Below are positions 22,601 to 30,470 of a DNA stretch of 64,000 nucleotides, piece after piece. The stretch covers positions 124,001 to 188,000 of the IMG/VR virus record IMGVR_UViG_3300050343_000191; one strand, given 5' to 3'. The notes beneath the pieces were generated by a model, which saw nothing but the letters and a program-made list of their open reading frames with translations, was not told where the DNA came from and searched no databases. The position numbers were made by a program, and so were the translations under genes. The first letter of the stretch is position 1, and every line of letters begins with the position of its first letter.

Positions 22601-25600
22601 ATTATTGTATAAGTAATCTTCTTTGAAGAATCCTGGTTCAAAAGTAGGTGGTCTATCAACAATAGAATTAGTGCTTAATTCATATCCAGTTTCAAGTCTA
22701 GCAACACCTGACTGAACATTATCTGCCGTTTGATATCCAAAGGGACCATAAATTGGATTTCCGTCATATGCCCATCCAATAATGGGTGAGTGAGATCCAT
22801 TTAAAGATTCAAAGTTCGATGCAAGATCTTGGGAGTATCCATATATTCCATAAACCAAAGAATCCTGCTTCTCATCCTTGTAAAGACTAGAATAAATTTC
22901 TGGACTTCTTGTTGCGGAAATTTTTCCAAATCTAAACGCATCGTTTATTGTTAAATCTCTAATTCTAGTATCAAAAATTGCACCAGATCCTCTAGAATCT
23001 ACAAATATTGAAGTAGAAGATGTGCTATACCCAATACCCGGATTAATGACAATAACATCATCAATCTTTCCATTTAAAAGTACGGGTCTGAGAATTGCAC
23101 CTACTCCACCAGAAGGATCTTCAATTTTAAGTTCTGGGATTGACTTATATTCAGATCCTTTGTTTAATACTTGAACATCAACAATTCTTCCATTAGAAAT
23201 AATTGGTGCAAGTTGAGAATTTTTACCTTTACTTATTGAAATTCTTGGTTTTGTATGTAAATTGAATACAGTAGATCCATATCCAGTTCCAGATTCATAC
23301 AAATAGGCATCAGTAATCTCACCAGTTACGATTGGTGTAAAGGTAAAGGTTCCAATACCAGATGCTCCAAAAGAAACATTAGCATTAACTTTAATCTCTG
23401 GATATTGGAAAATATGGTAACCACTTCCAATAGAATCAAATTTATTAAACTTTGATTTTTTGAGATCATCGGTAAATGTTCCAGCAATACCAACATTTAC
23501 AAGTCTAAATTGATCTGAATCTACAAATTGAATAGAATAACTATTTGAAGTAGAAAGACCAACAATGGGATTGCCTGTTGATTTATATGTAACTATTTCT
23601 CCATCCTTAAATCCATGATTATTAAAGTATACTGAATTATACTCTGTAGAAATACCACTAGATTTTACGCTTAATTTTCTGTAAGCATAACCAGATCCAC
23701 TATTGAGAACAGTAATAGATCTTACATTTTTTTGCGATAGAGTTCTAAATTTATGAATACCAGATGCTGATGTAGCAGCTGAAAGACCAATAGTATTGAT
23801 ACCAGTACTTATAGTGGTAATACCTGATGCAGAAGGTGCAAATGCATCATTATCATTTTTAAATAATCTAATAGTGGAAGTATTTACAATTCTAATTACA
23901 TATTCATCACCACTACTCAAACCTCCTGTTGAGATATTATTTGGATCGTATGCTTGTCCAATCTCAATAGGATTATTACCATTTTGATTGTAGATAATAT
24001 GCTCACCATCTGCAAGATTATGTGCCTTTGTAAATGTAATGGTTTCATTACTAGGATCAATTCCGCCACCAACATCTAGTCTACGACTGTCAAAAGATAT
24101 CTCTCTAAATCTTGTTCCAATAACTGGTTCCAAGGAACAACCAGATCCATTACCACCTATCAAATCTAGAGATAGGAATTCATCAAATCCAAATTCTTGA
24201 GGGTCAACAATAACTTGTTTAACATTACCAATAACAACTGGTTCAACCTTTGCACCAGTTCCAAGAGGAAGACCAGATCCAACCTCTGCAACATCTTCAA
24301 TATTTAATTCTGGTGGATTTATAACATCATATCCTTTACCACCATTAAGAACTTCAAATTCCTCTACAGGTCCATAATAAATTTTATCCCTGGAATCAGG
24401 ACTTACAATCTCTACACCATCAATCAATACTCCAACATTACTTACAGTCCTATCAACACTTTTACTACCTTGTAGTTGCTGTGATAATGGGAACTTTCTA
24501 AGAATTTTTTTACTTGAAAGAGTTCTATTTTCATGTCTCTTTAAAGTAAAATTATGTGCTCCAGCACCAAAGTTTGGATTAAATCTAGCAATATCATCAA
24601 AGTTTGCAATAGTTTTGGCGTTATTGGCAAGTTGAGACTTTGAAGCGTATAGTTTAATTTCGTTTGCAGCAACGAGTTTTACAAAATAACTTTCTCCAGA
24701 TGAAAGTCCAATTAAAGGACTTTCTGCGGTGTAGACTATTTCATCACCATCTCTAAAATCGACTGGTGTTGAAAATACAATTGTTCCATAAGTCTTATAA
24801 TAAGAATTGTAACCACCCAATCCTTGAGTATTGTTTGAGCCTACTGTTTTAATATATCCATCTGGAAGTATAGACTCAATAATATCATCTTTAATAGTAT
24901 ATCCTGGAAGAGAATTTGATGCCAAATACCCAAAGATTGCGAAATCGTCTACGTAAATATTGGATGTATTTGCAAGATATACTTCATTACCTACAGTAAG
25001 AACTACTCCAGAACTCTTTGCCTTTACAATCTTTCGTCTAATACTGTAATCTTTATTAGGATCTGGTGTAAAAGTACCAATATTGGATAGAGTAACTTCT
25101 TTGGTTAATGTGTTTATTGAAGACACTGTTGCAAATGATGCATTAGCAACATTTGGATCAGGTACAACTACTTGTTGACTATCGCCAATGAGAACCTCAA
25201 CAGAATCTCCTAGTTTAAGAAATGCCTTATCAATATCAGAAAATAGTGTGAATACAGAAGAATTTACTTCCTCCACTTTAAATCTTGGACTGGTATTATA
25301 AATCCAAGAATTAGCAAACATTTGCTTATAAGTCCTATCAACGACAGGATTCTCAATAACCTCACCAACATTTCTTGTAGTTATTTCCTCATCTTCTTCC
25401 ATCAGAGGAATATCTACCAAAGGTTTTAATTCTGATAGAACTCCAGTGATTCTCATATCACATCTATTTTCAATATCACCATCCTCATAACCAAAAATGG
25501 TTTCATCTGCTCTTACAACATCAGAGATATTAATTTTTGACGTGACACCAGTACAACCATAAAACTGATTAATACTCTTTGAAGTATAATCAATTCTATT

Positions 25601-26644
25601 ATTTCCAGAAATAATGGTCCCTGTTTGACCAAATCCAATTGTAGAGTCAACACTAATAACTGACGCATTTACTTCAACTGGTTCTAATGATCTAGATGCT
25701 CCAGGAATAGTAAAAATACCCTCTACAAGGTCTCTATCATTATATCCAACAAATACCCCAAGTTTATAAAAAGTTTGAGTGTCTCTTGTAAAAATCTCAA
25801 CATCAGAAACTGATGCATTTGTATCAAGATCATTTGACTTAAATACTGTCTGACCTTCTAATCCAAAAGGATTACCCGAAATATTTTCCGCTACGATAAC
25901 TTCTCTTCTGATATATTCGGCAGAAGATGGTTTAATTAGTCTACCTTCAAGATCTAATACTTCAGCATGAACACCATAAAGAACTTTGAAAAGAATTCTA
26001 ATAGATTCTGCAATACCCTTTGATTGATAAAAGTTTCTTGCATGCTTGATAAAGTTTCCAACATCTAAATCAGAAACAAAATCATACTCTTCCAGACCCG
26101 GAGTAAAGGTTTTTTTTAATTTTTTATAAAATTCTTGTAAGAAAACAACACTTAAGTTCTTTACTACTGATCCATTGGCCGCGGCGGATGCAGAAGTTTC
26201 ACTAAAAACAATATTCTGACTGTTTACATTGCTGAGAATATTAGAAATTCCTATATCATATCCAGAGATTCCACTGAATCCGCGAACACAACTATTGAAA
26301 GAAGTAGTAGTCTTTGATTTATAGGTGATAATTTCATCACCAATTTGTAAAAGACCATACTCGTCAGGAAATCCTTTTGTGGAAGTTACCTGAATAGTAT
26401 CTTGAGAAGATGTAATATCTCCTGTAAGCGATGTCTCACCTACAACAACCTCTGGAACGAGATTATCTACTCTGATATATCGATCAAGATTATCGACAAG
26501 ATCTACACTACCGCCCTGATGTTCTAAAGACAAATAGTATTGTCTAAAAAATTCTATGGCGTTTGGAAAATCAGCAACTAAAAACTCTGGAAGTTGGCTC
26601 TCAATAATTTTATTGAGTTGCACTCTCTTCTCAAATTGCGACAT
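13697..26644 (-). CDS. gp7: Baseplate wedge initiator gp7-like giant protein (4315 aa)
   Basis: N-terminus IIESQLPEFL...FFRQYY; FYQSKGIAESIRILFKVLYG; YYQNLSYSIKS...VHPAGLKNF; sits between gp6 and gp8. Confidence 0.85.
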   Translation of the reverse strand: MSQFEKRVQLNKIIESQLPEFLVADFPNAIEFFRQYYLSLEHQGGSVDLVDNLDRYIRVDNLVPEVVVGETSLTGDITSSQDTIQVTSTKGFPDEYGLLQIGDEIITYKSKTTTSFNSCVRGFSGISGYDIGISNILSNVNSQNIVFSETSASAAANGSVVKNLSVVFLQEFYKKLKKTFTPGLEEYDFVSDLDVGNFIKHARNFYQSKGIAESIRILFKVLYGVHAEVLDLEGRLIKPSSAEYIRREVIVAENISGNPFGLEGQTVFKSNDLDTNASVSDVEIFTRDTQTFYKLGVFVGYNDRDLVEGIFTIPGASRSLEPVEVNASVISVDSTIGFGQTGTIISGNNRIDYTSKSINQFYGCTGVTSKINISDVVRADETIFGYEDGDIENRCDMRITGVLSELKPLVDIPLMEEDEEITTRNVGEVIENPVVDRTYKQMFANSWIYNTSPRFKVEEVNSSVFTLFSDIDKAFLKLGDSVEVLIGDSQQVVVPDPNVANASFATVSSINTLTKEVTLSNIGTFTPDPNKDYSIRRKIVKAKSSGVVLTVGNEVYLANTSNIYVDDFAIFGYLASNSLPGYTIKDDIIESILPDGYIKTVGSNNTQGLGGYNSYYKTYGTIVFSTPVDFRDGDEIVYTAESPLIGLSSGESYFVKLVAANEIKLYASKSQLANNAKTIANFDDIARFNPNFGAGAHNFTLKRHENRTLSSKKILRKFPLSQQLQGSKSVDRTVSNVGVLIDGVEIVSPDSRDKIYYGPVEEFEVLNGGKGYDVINPPELNIEDVAEVGSGLPLGTGAKVEPVVIGNVKQVIVDPQEFGFDEFLSLDLIGGNGSGCSLEPVIGTRFREISFDSRRLDVGGGIDPSNETITFTKAHNLADGEHIIYNQNGNNPIEIGQAYDPNNISTGGLSSGDEYVIRIVNTSTIRLFKNDNDAFAPSASGITTISTGINTIGLSAATSASGIHKFRTLSQKNVRSITVLNSGSGYAYRKLSVKSSGISTEYNSVYFNNHGFKDGEIVTYKSTGNPIVGLSTSNSYSIQFVDSDQFRLVNVGIAGTFTDDLKKSKFNKFDSIGSGYHIFQYPEIKVNANVSFGASGIGTFTFTPIVTGEITDAYLYESGTGYGSTVFNLHTKPRISISKGKNSQLAPIISNGRIVDVQVLNKGSEYKSIPELKIEDPSGGVGAILRPVLLNGKIDDVIVINPGIGYSTSSTSIFVDSRGSGAIFDTRIRDLTINDAFRFGKISATRSPEIYSSLYKDEKQDSLVYGIYGYSQDLASNFESLNGSHSPIIGWAYDGNPIYGPFGYQTADNVQSGVARLETGYELSTNSIVDRPPTFEPGFFKEDYLYNNSGDLDLHNGRFCKTPEFPNGVYAYFVGVTTSGQNSAKFAPAYPYFVGNEFKSQVIGENLILDQTFDFNGNNLVRNTFPYKVSDPYADYDFINESYETFQQRCNVESVTKGSVDEIRVIDGGVGYSIGDRVNFNFEGTGGAGLRGEVQELKGAGISSIRTELERNVNCVFVWDNDNQVSAYNRDGYDLNNNDTVLVSGLSTSIPFLSGPKRIGFTTESVGLAGTMSNYSGLPGGKFEDIFVSRRFREVSIGNSITITSSDGTETVRVLNDYSNGVLTVKRFGSTGVAHSFGSDLSLSSDRVKLPVKTTKFNSERNKLIYFNAVTSVGVGTTAGGAQKKVRTVGVTTSSVSVPCRAIYIPNHGLRTGERITFTKSTLAGVDSLIVGDNSLNQGTFFIPDTNTLSSDVFVINKGENLIGLTTQVGLTTASEGLFFYSDGSNNSEYLLETNKGQILGNVDRITTIVSTSSTHGLLNKDVIKLNVVPNTVVGFGTTGALNIKLNLDEKKILVNTIGINSTGITLSDGSFTYQDHGYKTGDKVFYEAAEVASGITTGIYYIIQDSIDKFRLAETLYESNPKTENGVSISATGGVNHYISAVNPPIDVIRNSDLKFNLQDTSLRGYQLKIYRDKNFNNEYISSGDSRDFNVVGLGSVGFGTDSDSSLTLNYSNNIPSRLYYGLEKGGYISTADTEVKAYSEIRYENSEYNGTYSVFGISTTSSTTEFKISPFRYPNILSYISAECDTLEYSTKSSNALNGSISKVRVISEGFNFDKLPSFEDVTSVNGRNANIIGISTSIGRIKKTRLRDIGYDYPSDKTLRPEAFVPPIVTVDNLDTIQEIDIQFAGAKYLADPDVILWNDTTKSIVDTTTLVAKAPNGSISEIVQLAPIFGLDSEPHKIITINNSNGVGIVSMVSGPTGIATCVLKTPILGYNQAPFSVDDKVFVEGIEMSSPDGSGFNSSDYDYQLFKVIQFANTSPATLTFQLIDASGVGLTTNAGIAKTYQSGYATLINENIYPRIDIKQKRGTFTKNERLFVNSDGNGFRSEDAFISLVRDDYIKYTGKYNLNKGDIIKGIISGVIAEVTNIDRKRAKFVVDYSSRMELGWSDDVGKISEDYQVTPNNDYYQNLSYSIKSPITWDELSTPVNSIVHPAGLKNFADVGVTSVGRSGIGLGGTTTAIVILDVVSERRVDIINNFDNAVDVDPRVSPVTGLTQSNALQIQNRKLTDYIECRTNRVLIHDDISNKFSSRGFKDTFVEIEEIDFVDNHVRYVIQIADPDSKDVQLSELVVQSTTNDIFIFEKYNSFTNIKLGDFSANIDSFGRKTLVFTPTDAFETDHDIKVLKKSYLFQALPPGNSGIGTQAIGSVNLVSSFVGLSSVSGGNNIGTLAEFNGTDFNGLFANIEISNRFSGETNYVEAAIDFDGTNTYVSEYYFDHTTQSYSASNVGLVSAIYDANSGIVSVRGRNFDQVDAFDYRTHIVGFGNTTTGIGTYRFLLNNQPAGTERSARLESTIGFGTDIVRVGTFDSRFISAAAAVVRVSAGTTSAIHQVNILSNSRTSEVTVTPGPFAPVNNVTGLGTFGGEISGNQFYLNFYPDLGYNVEAQAFSEVFYREMDFDNQANSLSYGPTDQLVFLSAFDGLNGLRANRTNFTLTHEGKPIYVKTFDPTDTVNINYSTGVFTLRDHFFNTGEELIYRPTSTFIGIGTQPMGIGATVNHLGIVTDKLPDRVYPIALTPDTFKLSTTPQFATAGISVTFTDAGIGNAHELEFTKKLSKTVIAIDGIVQQPITFTPINHKLDFNSGGISVGISTFNVTGISSVQPRDLLRVDDEYMKVVEVGLSTNIGGQILGPINGLIAAGVAATFPTVAVQRGAVGSAATSHIDGSTIQIYRGALNIVGNEVHFIDPPKGNNRARRNESNLPYVTAQFSGRTFLRSDYDTNMVFDDISDSFTGIGKTYTLKVGGANTTGIDAGNGILFINGVFQTPTTENNAGNNYEIDNDSAVGVTSVIYTGITSVDGSFIQSDFDINQNQLPRGGLIVSLGSTPGLGYAPLLGAEIKVLKNSTGQLTDLIGINTVGSTVAISTALYNNITGILEIETNDSHNILGGDFVKLDNLEFSCGSTGYGTTTIFPDYDYPVDVVQVISATRVSIRVGPSTIPHTYETGGTVRRYFTNNFGSGYREPVSIGITDLAYEHKFIRSVNNSVTASSGGPFTPTKADYTSHTGVLRLTIPSHGLDTTDTVQIATDGLIFTCSDDDFFTEQPYPRATDPAAGATLGITSFTTNTISVGVGSAGGSGTGAVVDATVGIGGTLAFSITNPGQGYINPALIIPEPNYENVEVVGVSRLGIGATTETGRNLLLNLTVGAAGTSNVGIGSTLFLIDTFKVARSGYAFKPGDILEAVGLVTAKNYTQPIAPFQLEVVETFTDRFSSWSFGEMDYIDSIFGYQNGTRKRFPLYYNGELLSFELDPNNPLSANIDLDSVLVIFINGVLQTPGYAYQFTGGTSFLFMEAPKVNDKVDIFFYIGQDGVDVLQVETTETLKIGDDVRMLRQPLISTSQRQINDRAITEIVGSDIVETNIYSGPGVDDTNFRPFDWIKQKKDIYVKGDIVSKVRPVLETKIFPTAKIIGDVTPTSSDIFVDNAQFFDYDEIILDLNQNTFTFDAFMMETSNEPVSAAFTSTVSIAGTVSAVTIDNVGFGYTTSTIDIKFSAPKEIGVGIGITATGTANISNGQVSSVTVINPGFGYTNTNPPRIIAELPTPLYETINTVQNVQGFSGIITGISTTTGTGGHPLALKFNFRAMKDYGENGEANVASDALDLVAGYPIMIYDTTVGNGVTSVNSSDSAVVGIGTSFLDNVYVVNSITSLASNAEIICNIDSGSPVIGILESGTFDDLQAGLTTSLGKLSWGRIYNYDNRTNGISIGVTGLTVDAGLSTFPTIQRRGNFGEGKTGAIRSRKPRADGVSLEADNNLSFYIQ

Positions 26645-26647
26645 ATT

Positions 26648-28552
26648 TTATTTCCTCTCTAGATCTCCGTTGGAATAACTTGAAGTATAATAGTCTCTTG
26701 TGAAAGACACGCCAGAAATATCTTCACCAGATGCAATAACATCTTTAACCATATTTATTGTACTACTTGAAACGCTAAAACTGAGGTAAAGATCTTTTAA
26801 ACCAACCACATCATTGGATTCTGGGAAAGCTTGAATCTCAACAATATTATTTGGTTTTTCAGTTTCAACAATATTGATAGTATTAAGAATAACCTCCCCC
26901 TTTATGTAATCAACTACACCTGCTTCTTTGGCAACAACAGTTTTTATTCCATTAGCGCCAATCTTAACTATGGAAACAACTCCACTCTTAAGGTCTGCAT
27001 TTGGTAAATCTGTGATATACACCGTTGAAGTATCACCAACAATTTTAAATCCTGTAGATTTAATATTCAGTCCATTTGGTTTTACATTAAATCTATTACC
27101 AAAGCAAATTTCGTATTGAGCAAACTGATTAACCAATACTTTCATATCTCTTCTAATTTTCACCTTAGTGATGTTAGAAGTAATGGCAGTATCAACGCGA
27201 TCAATTAGTTGAAGAACCTTACTATACTTAAATCTTCCACCAAAACGATTCATATCAACATCTTTAGAGTATTTTGTAAGACTATCAATAATATTAGTCC
27301 TTAAACCATCAACAGTAGCAACCTGTGAGGAGTTATAATAGATATTAGATTCAATTTCAACATAAAGAACCTTAAGATCAATAATTTTTTGATTAATACC
27401 TGCAATTGAGTACTGCTTAATCTTATTCAGAATATTTCTCTTATCAAAATCAGAGACATATGTGCCATTCTTGGGTTTTATGCTGATTTGAACGGTACCA
27501 AACTGTGGTGGTACTAATTCTTCACCACCAACAACTGCAACAGACTCTGTATTTGGGTAAATCGAAGCAATAATTGCCTCATAATCTCTTGATGTAACCG
27601 CTCTATATTGCGCTGAGTACAGTCTTGGGGCGAAATACTTAATAGAAGACACATCTTCAATTCCGCCACCGTTCATCGCCTTCTGGATGGTTGTAACGGG
27701 TACTGATCCACTAGGAATTACCCTCTTACCTTCCTGATCTTGGAGATTTGCTTGAAATTCAAAGACGGAAGGTCCATTTCCTGCTTCACCATCAGTAACA
27801 ATGTAACTTACAGAGATAAGTTTGCCATTTTCCAACTTTTTACCAAAATATCCATCACCAAACAGTAATTCATACCTCTCATCTTGAACTTCCTGGAGCA
27901 AATAGATCTCTGAGTTCTTATCAATGTTTAAAATATTGTCAACTCTACTAAAATCTCTACCAGTGCCTGCTTCACCAACATTAGAAACGTTTACTCTAAT
28001 GGTTGAAGCATCAATATTTGGATTATCAAGGATAAAACGCTGATCTATAGATGTATCAGTGACAAATTGACGTGTAAGAAGAGTTCCTTGAAAAAGTTCT
28101 ATTGGTTTTTGTTCTGTTCCGAACTGTGCTACACCATTAACCACTGCTGCAGTGACTTTTTCGGGTAGTGAAAAGCGATATGAACTATTATCTTGCCCTC
28201 CAACACACACCAGACCTGCTTCAACGGTGATAAAACCGCTACTGGTAGTGGTAGGGACTGAAAAGGTTACGTTTGCCTTAGCGGCGCTTGCAGAGCGAGG
28301 CACGTAACCAATGTTTCGTGCTAGTGATACGACATTTTCGCGTACTGTTGCACCATCTAGGAATGATTCATTGACTACAAGGTTAGCATTGAACGCATTA
28401 ATGTACGTATTATATGCTAAGGTGTCAATTAATATCGAAAAATTAGATCCCTCAAAGTCAAAATCCGTAAAATTTGAATTAGAACGGAGATATGCTTTGA
28501 TTTCTGATTTAATTTGATCGAAATCTAAGTTAGTAAACTGAGTAAAAGGCAT
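26648..28552 (-). CDS. gp6: Baseplate wedge subunit gp6
   Basis: LDFDQIKSEIKAYL...FTDFDFEGSNFSILIDTLAYNTY; RAVTSRDYEAII. Confidence 0.95.
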   Translation of the reverse strand: MPFTQFTNLDFDQIKSEIKAYLRSNSNFTDFDFEGSNFSILIDTLAYNTYINAFNANLVVNESFLDGATVRENVVSLARNIGYVPRSASAAKANVTFSVPTTTSSGFITVEAGLVCVGGQDNSSYRFSLPEKVTAAVVNGVAQFGTEQKPIELFQGTLLTRQFVTDTSIDQRFILDNPNIDASTIRVNVSNVGEAGTGRDFSRVDNILNIDKNSEIYLLQEVQDERYELLFGDGYFGKKLENGKLISVSYIVTDGEAGNGPSVFEFQANLQDQEGKRVIPSGSVPVTTIQKAMNGGGIEDVSSIKYFAPRLYSAQYRAVTSRDYEAIIASIYPNTESVAVVGGEELVPPQFGTVQISIKPKNGTYVSDFDKRNILNKIKQYSIAGINQKIIDLKVLYVEIESNIYYNSSQVATVDGLRTNIIDSLTKYSKDVDMNRFGGRFKYSKVLQLIDRVDTAITSNITKVKIRRDMKVLVNQFAQYEICFGNRFNVKPNGLNIKSTGFKIVGDTSTVYITDLPNADLKSGVVSIVKIGANGIKTVVAKEAGVVDYIKGEVILNTINIVETEKPNNIVEIQAFPESNDVVGLKDLYLSFSVSSSTINMVKDVIASGEDISGVSFTRDYYTSSYSNGDLERK

Positions 28553-28555
28553 TGT

Positions 28556-28957
28556 TTATCGTGTTGCCTCTAATATGAATGAGAATGACTGGGTTGGATA
28601 ATCTAAACCTACAATATCAAAGAAAACATTTACATCAAAACTGTTATCATCAGGTTGTGGATTGACTTGAACCTTTAAGTTTTCAATTCTATCCTCATAA
28701 AACAAGATTGTTTCACGTATTTGATCCCTAATAACACGACTTGAGGCGACATCGACGAACTCAAAGAGACTTCTGCGAATATCAGACCCCAAGTCAGAGT
28801 TAAAAAAGCGTTCTGTAGGTATTGTTTCGACTAAATTGCGTATAGATCTAATGATTGCACGCTCATTAATGAGTACAGGAAGGTCTTTCGTCACAGGATG
28901 TGGATCAAATGCGAAACTAATATCCTTAAATGCTCTGGAAACCCTCTTGCTAGGCAT
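28556..28957 (-). CDS. gp25: Baseplate wedge subunit gp25
   Basis: FKDISFAF..HPVT.DL; AIIRSIRNLVETIPTERFFNSDLGS; precedes gp6. Confidence 0.93.
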   Translation of the reverse strand: MPSKRVSRAFKDISFAFDPHPVTKDLPVLINERAIIRSIRNLVETIPTERFFNSDLGSDIRRSLFEFVDVASSRVIRDQIRETILFYEDRIENLKVQVNPQPDDNSFDVNVFFDIVGLDYPTQSFSFILEATR

Positions 28958-28981
28958 TGAAATGGTTTATTTTTCTGAATT

Positions 28982-28989
28982 TATTTATA
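28982..28989 (-). promoter_or_regulatory. T4-type late promoter TATAAATA
   Basis: Exact consensus about 25 nt upstream of gp25. Confidence 0.8.
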
Positions 28990-28993
28990 TCCA

Positions 28994-29272
28994 CTATTCA
29001 GAAATTTGACCATAGGTAGGTTCTATTTCATCATTATGAATTTTTTCATATAATTCACTCTGTTGCTTAGAATCGTGCTTTTTAGGCGTCATATCATCAT
29101 TAGCAATTTCACGAAGCATCTTTTGATGCTGATGATTACCTAGATTGTCAAGAAAATCGTTCATTTTTTCACTTTGGTGGTAGTCAGTAATAAGTCTTGT
29201 GGTACCCCACATTTCTTTCATGTAGTTGGAATTTCTATCGACAGGTGAATTGCCCATATTGATCATCCTCAC
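28994..29272 (-). CDS. Hypothetical protein
   Basis: 92-aa ORF downstream of the AATAAATA at 29290-29297. Confidence 0.7.
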   Translation of the reverse strand: MRMINMGNSPVDRNSNYMKEMWGTTRLITDYHQSEKMNDFLDNLGNHQHQKMLREIANDDMTPKKHDSKQQSELYEKIHNDEIEPTYGQISE

Positions 29273-29289
29273 ATCAATCTGATTTTAGG

Positions 29290-29320
29290 TATTTATTAAA
29301 AAAGAGGGGTCGTGCCCCTC
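29290..29320 (-). terminator. Intrinsic terminator followed by a late promoter
   Basis: Minus strand GAGGGG-CACGA-CCCCTC-TTTTTT (29298-29320), immediately followed by AATAAATA (29290-29297). Confidence 0.8.
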
Positions 29321-29326
29321 AATGTA

Positions 29327-29476
29327 TTAACCTCTGCCTTGTCCGCGATAGACTTTTTTAGCAGTGTTGCGAGACGACGCGGCGTACTTCGTGTTTTTTC
29401 CGGATCCTTGACGAGTTTTCTTCGGTTGGGATTCAACGAATGTTTGCCCATTAAGACCAGTTCTAGAGCGTGCCAT
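29327..29476 (-). CDS. 49-aa very basic small protein (YRGQG C-terminus)
   Basis: Hand translation MARSRTGLNGQTFVESQPKKTRQGSGKNTKYAASSRNTAKKVYRGQGRG; followed by the terminator. Confidence 0.75.
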   Translation of the reverse strand: MARSRTGLNGQTFVESQPKKTRQGSGKNTKYAASSRNTAKKVYRGQGRG

Positions 29477-29478
29477 AA

Positions 29479-29640
29479 TTAACCTGTAGTAATTTTAGTA
29501 TCAAGTTCCGAAGGATTCGGAGACCCAGTAGAGTAGAAGTCCTCTGCTAGGTCTGTAAGTTTATCAAAGTATTCAGTTTCGGTCAAGTCCTTATAAAGAA
29601 CTTCACCCCTATGGAGAATTGTATAATACTCCTGTGTCAT
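29479..29640 (-). CDS. 53-aa hypothetical protein
   Basis: Hand translation MTQEYYTILHRGEVLYKDLTETEYFDKLTDLAEDFYSTGSPNPSELDTKITTG; abuts both neighbours. Confidence 0.7.
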   Translation of the reverse strand: MTQEYYTILHRGEVLYKDLTETEYFDKLTDLAEDFYSTGSPNPSELDTKITTG

Positions 29641-29641
29641 A

Positions 29642-30403
29642 TCAGATTACGCGAGTCTTTTCGTGACCAACTCTGACGCGAGGATCACACCAAATCTCAA
29701 ATCCTGCTTCCTTTGCGTCCAGACAGAATGATACATCCTCTCCACACATATCCTGTACTTCACCAGATTCAAAGACTTGCATCTTCGGGGCAAACCAAGG
29801 ATACTTAATCTCTTCGTGCTCAAAGACTCCATTCTTGATCAGCAACCATCCAAATCCTGCATAGTCTACAGTGAATGGTTTCTTACGCTTAGCAATACTC
29901 TCAAGTGTTTCGTGATTCATAACACCACCATTATTACGGAAGTCATCTTCTTCCATCCAATGTGCAACTGAGGTGGTCTGACCGTCTTCGGTACAATACC
30001 AACCACTTGCAATATCTTGGTCCATCAATACTAACTGATAGAACTTCTCAGTGTTAAACACAATATCACTATCAATCCATAACTGATAATCATACTGTAA
30101 CTTACCATCCCAAGGTTTCTGATCAGGTCCACGAAGAACATTAGCACCTAAACACTTGCAACGGGCGAAGTTCACCATTGAACTATAATCTTGGGAGATC
30201 TGAATCGATGCTCCGTTCTGTACTAGATCAAAACATAATTGTACAAAATTCTTCAGATACGTGTATGATACACCGCGACCTGGTAAACAGAATACAATGG
30301 TCTTTCCTTTAACCATCTCTCTTGCCTTTGTAAAATCCCATTCTGTCTCTACGGGTTTTTTTACAACGGGCGATTTTGCTTTTACTGTAAATCCTTTTGC
30401 CAT
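29642..30403 (-). CDS. GT-A fold glycosyltransferase-like protein
   Basis: IVFCLPG; FARCKC; YDYQLWIDSDIVF (DxD); GFGWLLIKNGVFE; GEDVSFC; D..V..GH. Confidence 0.75.
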   Translation of the reverse strand: MAKGFTVKAKSPVVKKPVETEWDFTKAREMVKGKTIVFCLPGRGVSYTYLKNFVQLCFDLVQNGASIQISQDYSSMVNFARCKCLGANVLRGPDQKPWDGKLQYDYQLWIDSDIVFNTEKFYQLVLMDQDIASGWYCTEDGQTTSVAHWMEEDDFRNNGGVMNHETLESIAKRKKPFTVDYAGFGWLLIKNGVFEHEEIKYPWFAPKMQVFESGEVQDMCGEDVSFCLDAKEAGFEIWCDPRVRVGHEKTRVI

Positions 30404-30441
30404 AATTAGGTCAAATTAAAATGTGAATGCATTCAAATGTA

Positions 30442-30470
30442 ATTATACTCCATTATAAGGAGCACGTCAA
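30442..30470 (-). promoter_or_regulatory. Sigma70-type promoter TTGACG-N17-TATAAT
   Basis: -35 at 30465-30470, -10 at 30442-30447, 17-nt spacer; upstream of the glycosyltransferase-like gene. Confidence 0.8.

Noticed and set aside
3831-23781. CAGCTG sites (3831 and about 23776) as evidence on the PvuII-like enzyme's target
   Set aside because: Presence is uninformative, because a cognate MTase would protect the sites and the specificity may differ. A methylome is needed.
4694-26644. Inteins or introns explaining the very long structural ORFs
   Set aside because: No C/S...HN splice motifs, LAGLIDADG/HNH motifs or frame breaks were seen. The length is explained by repeated beta-modules.
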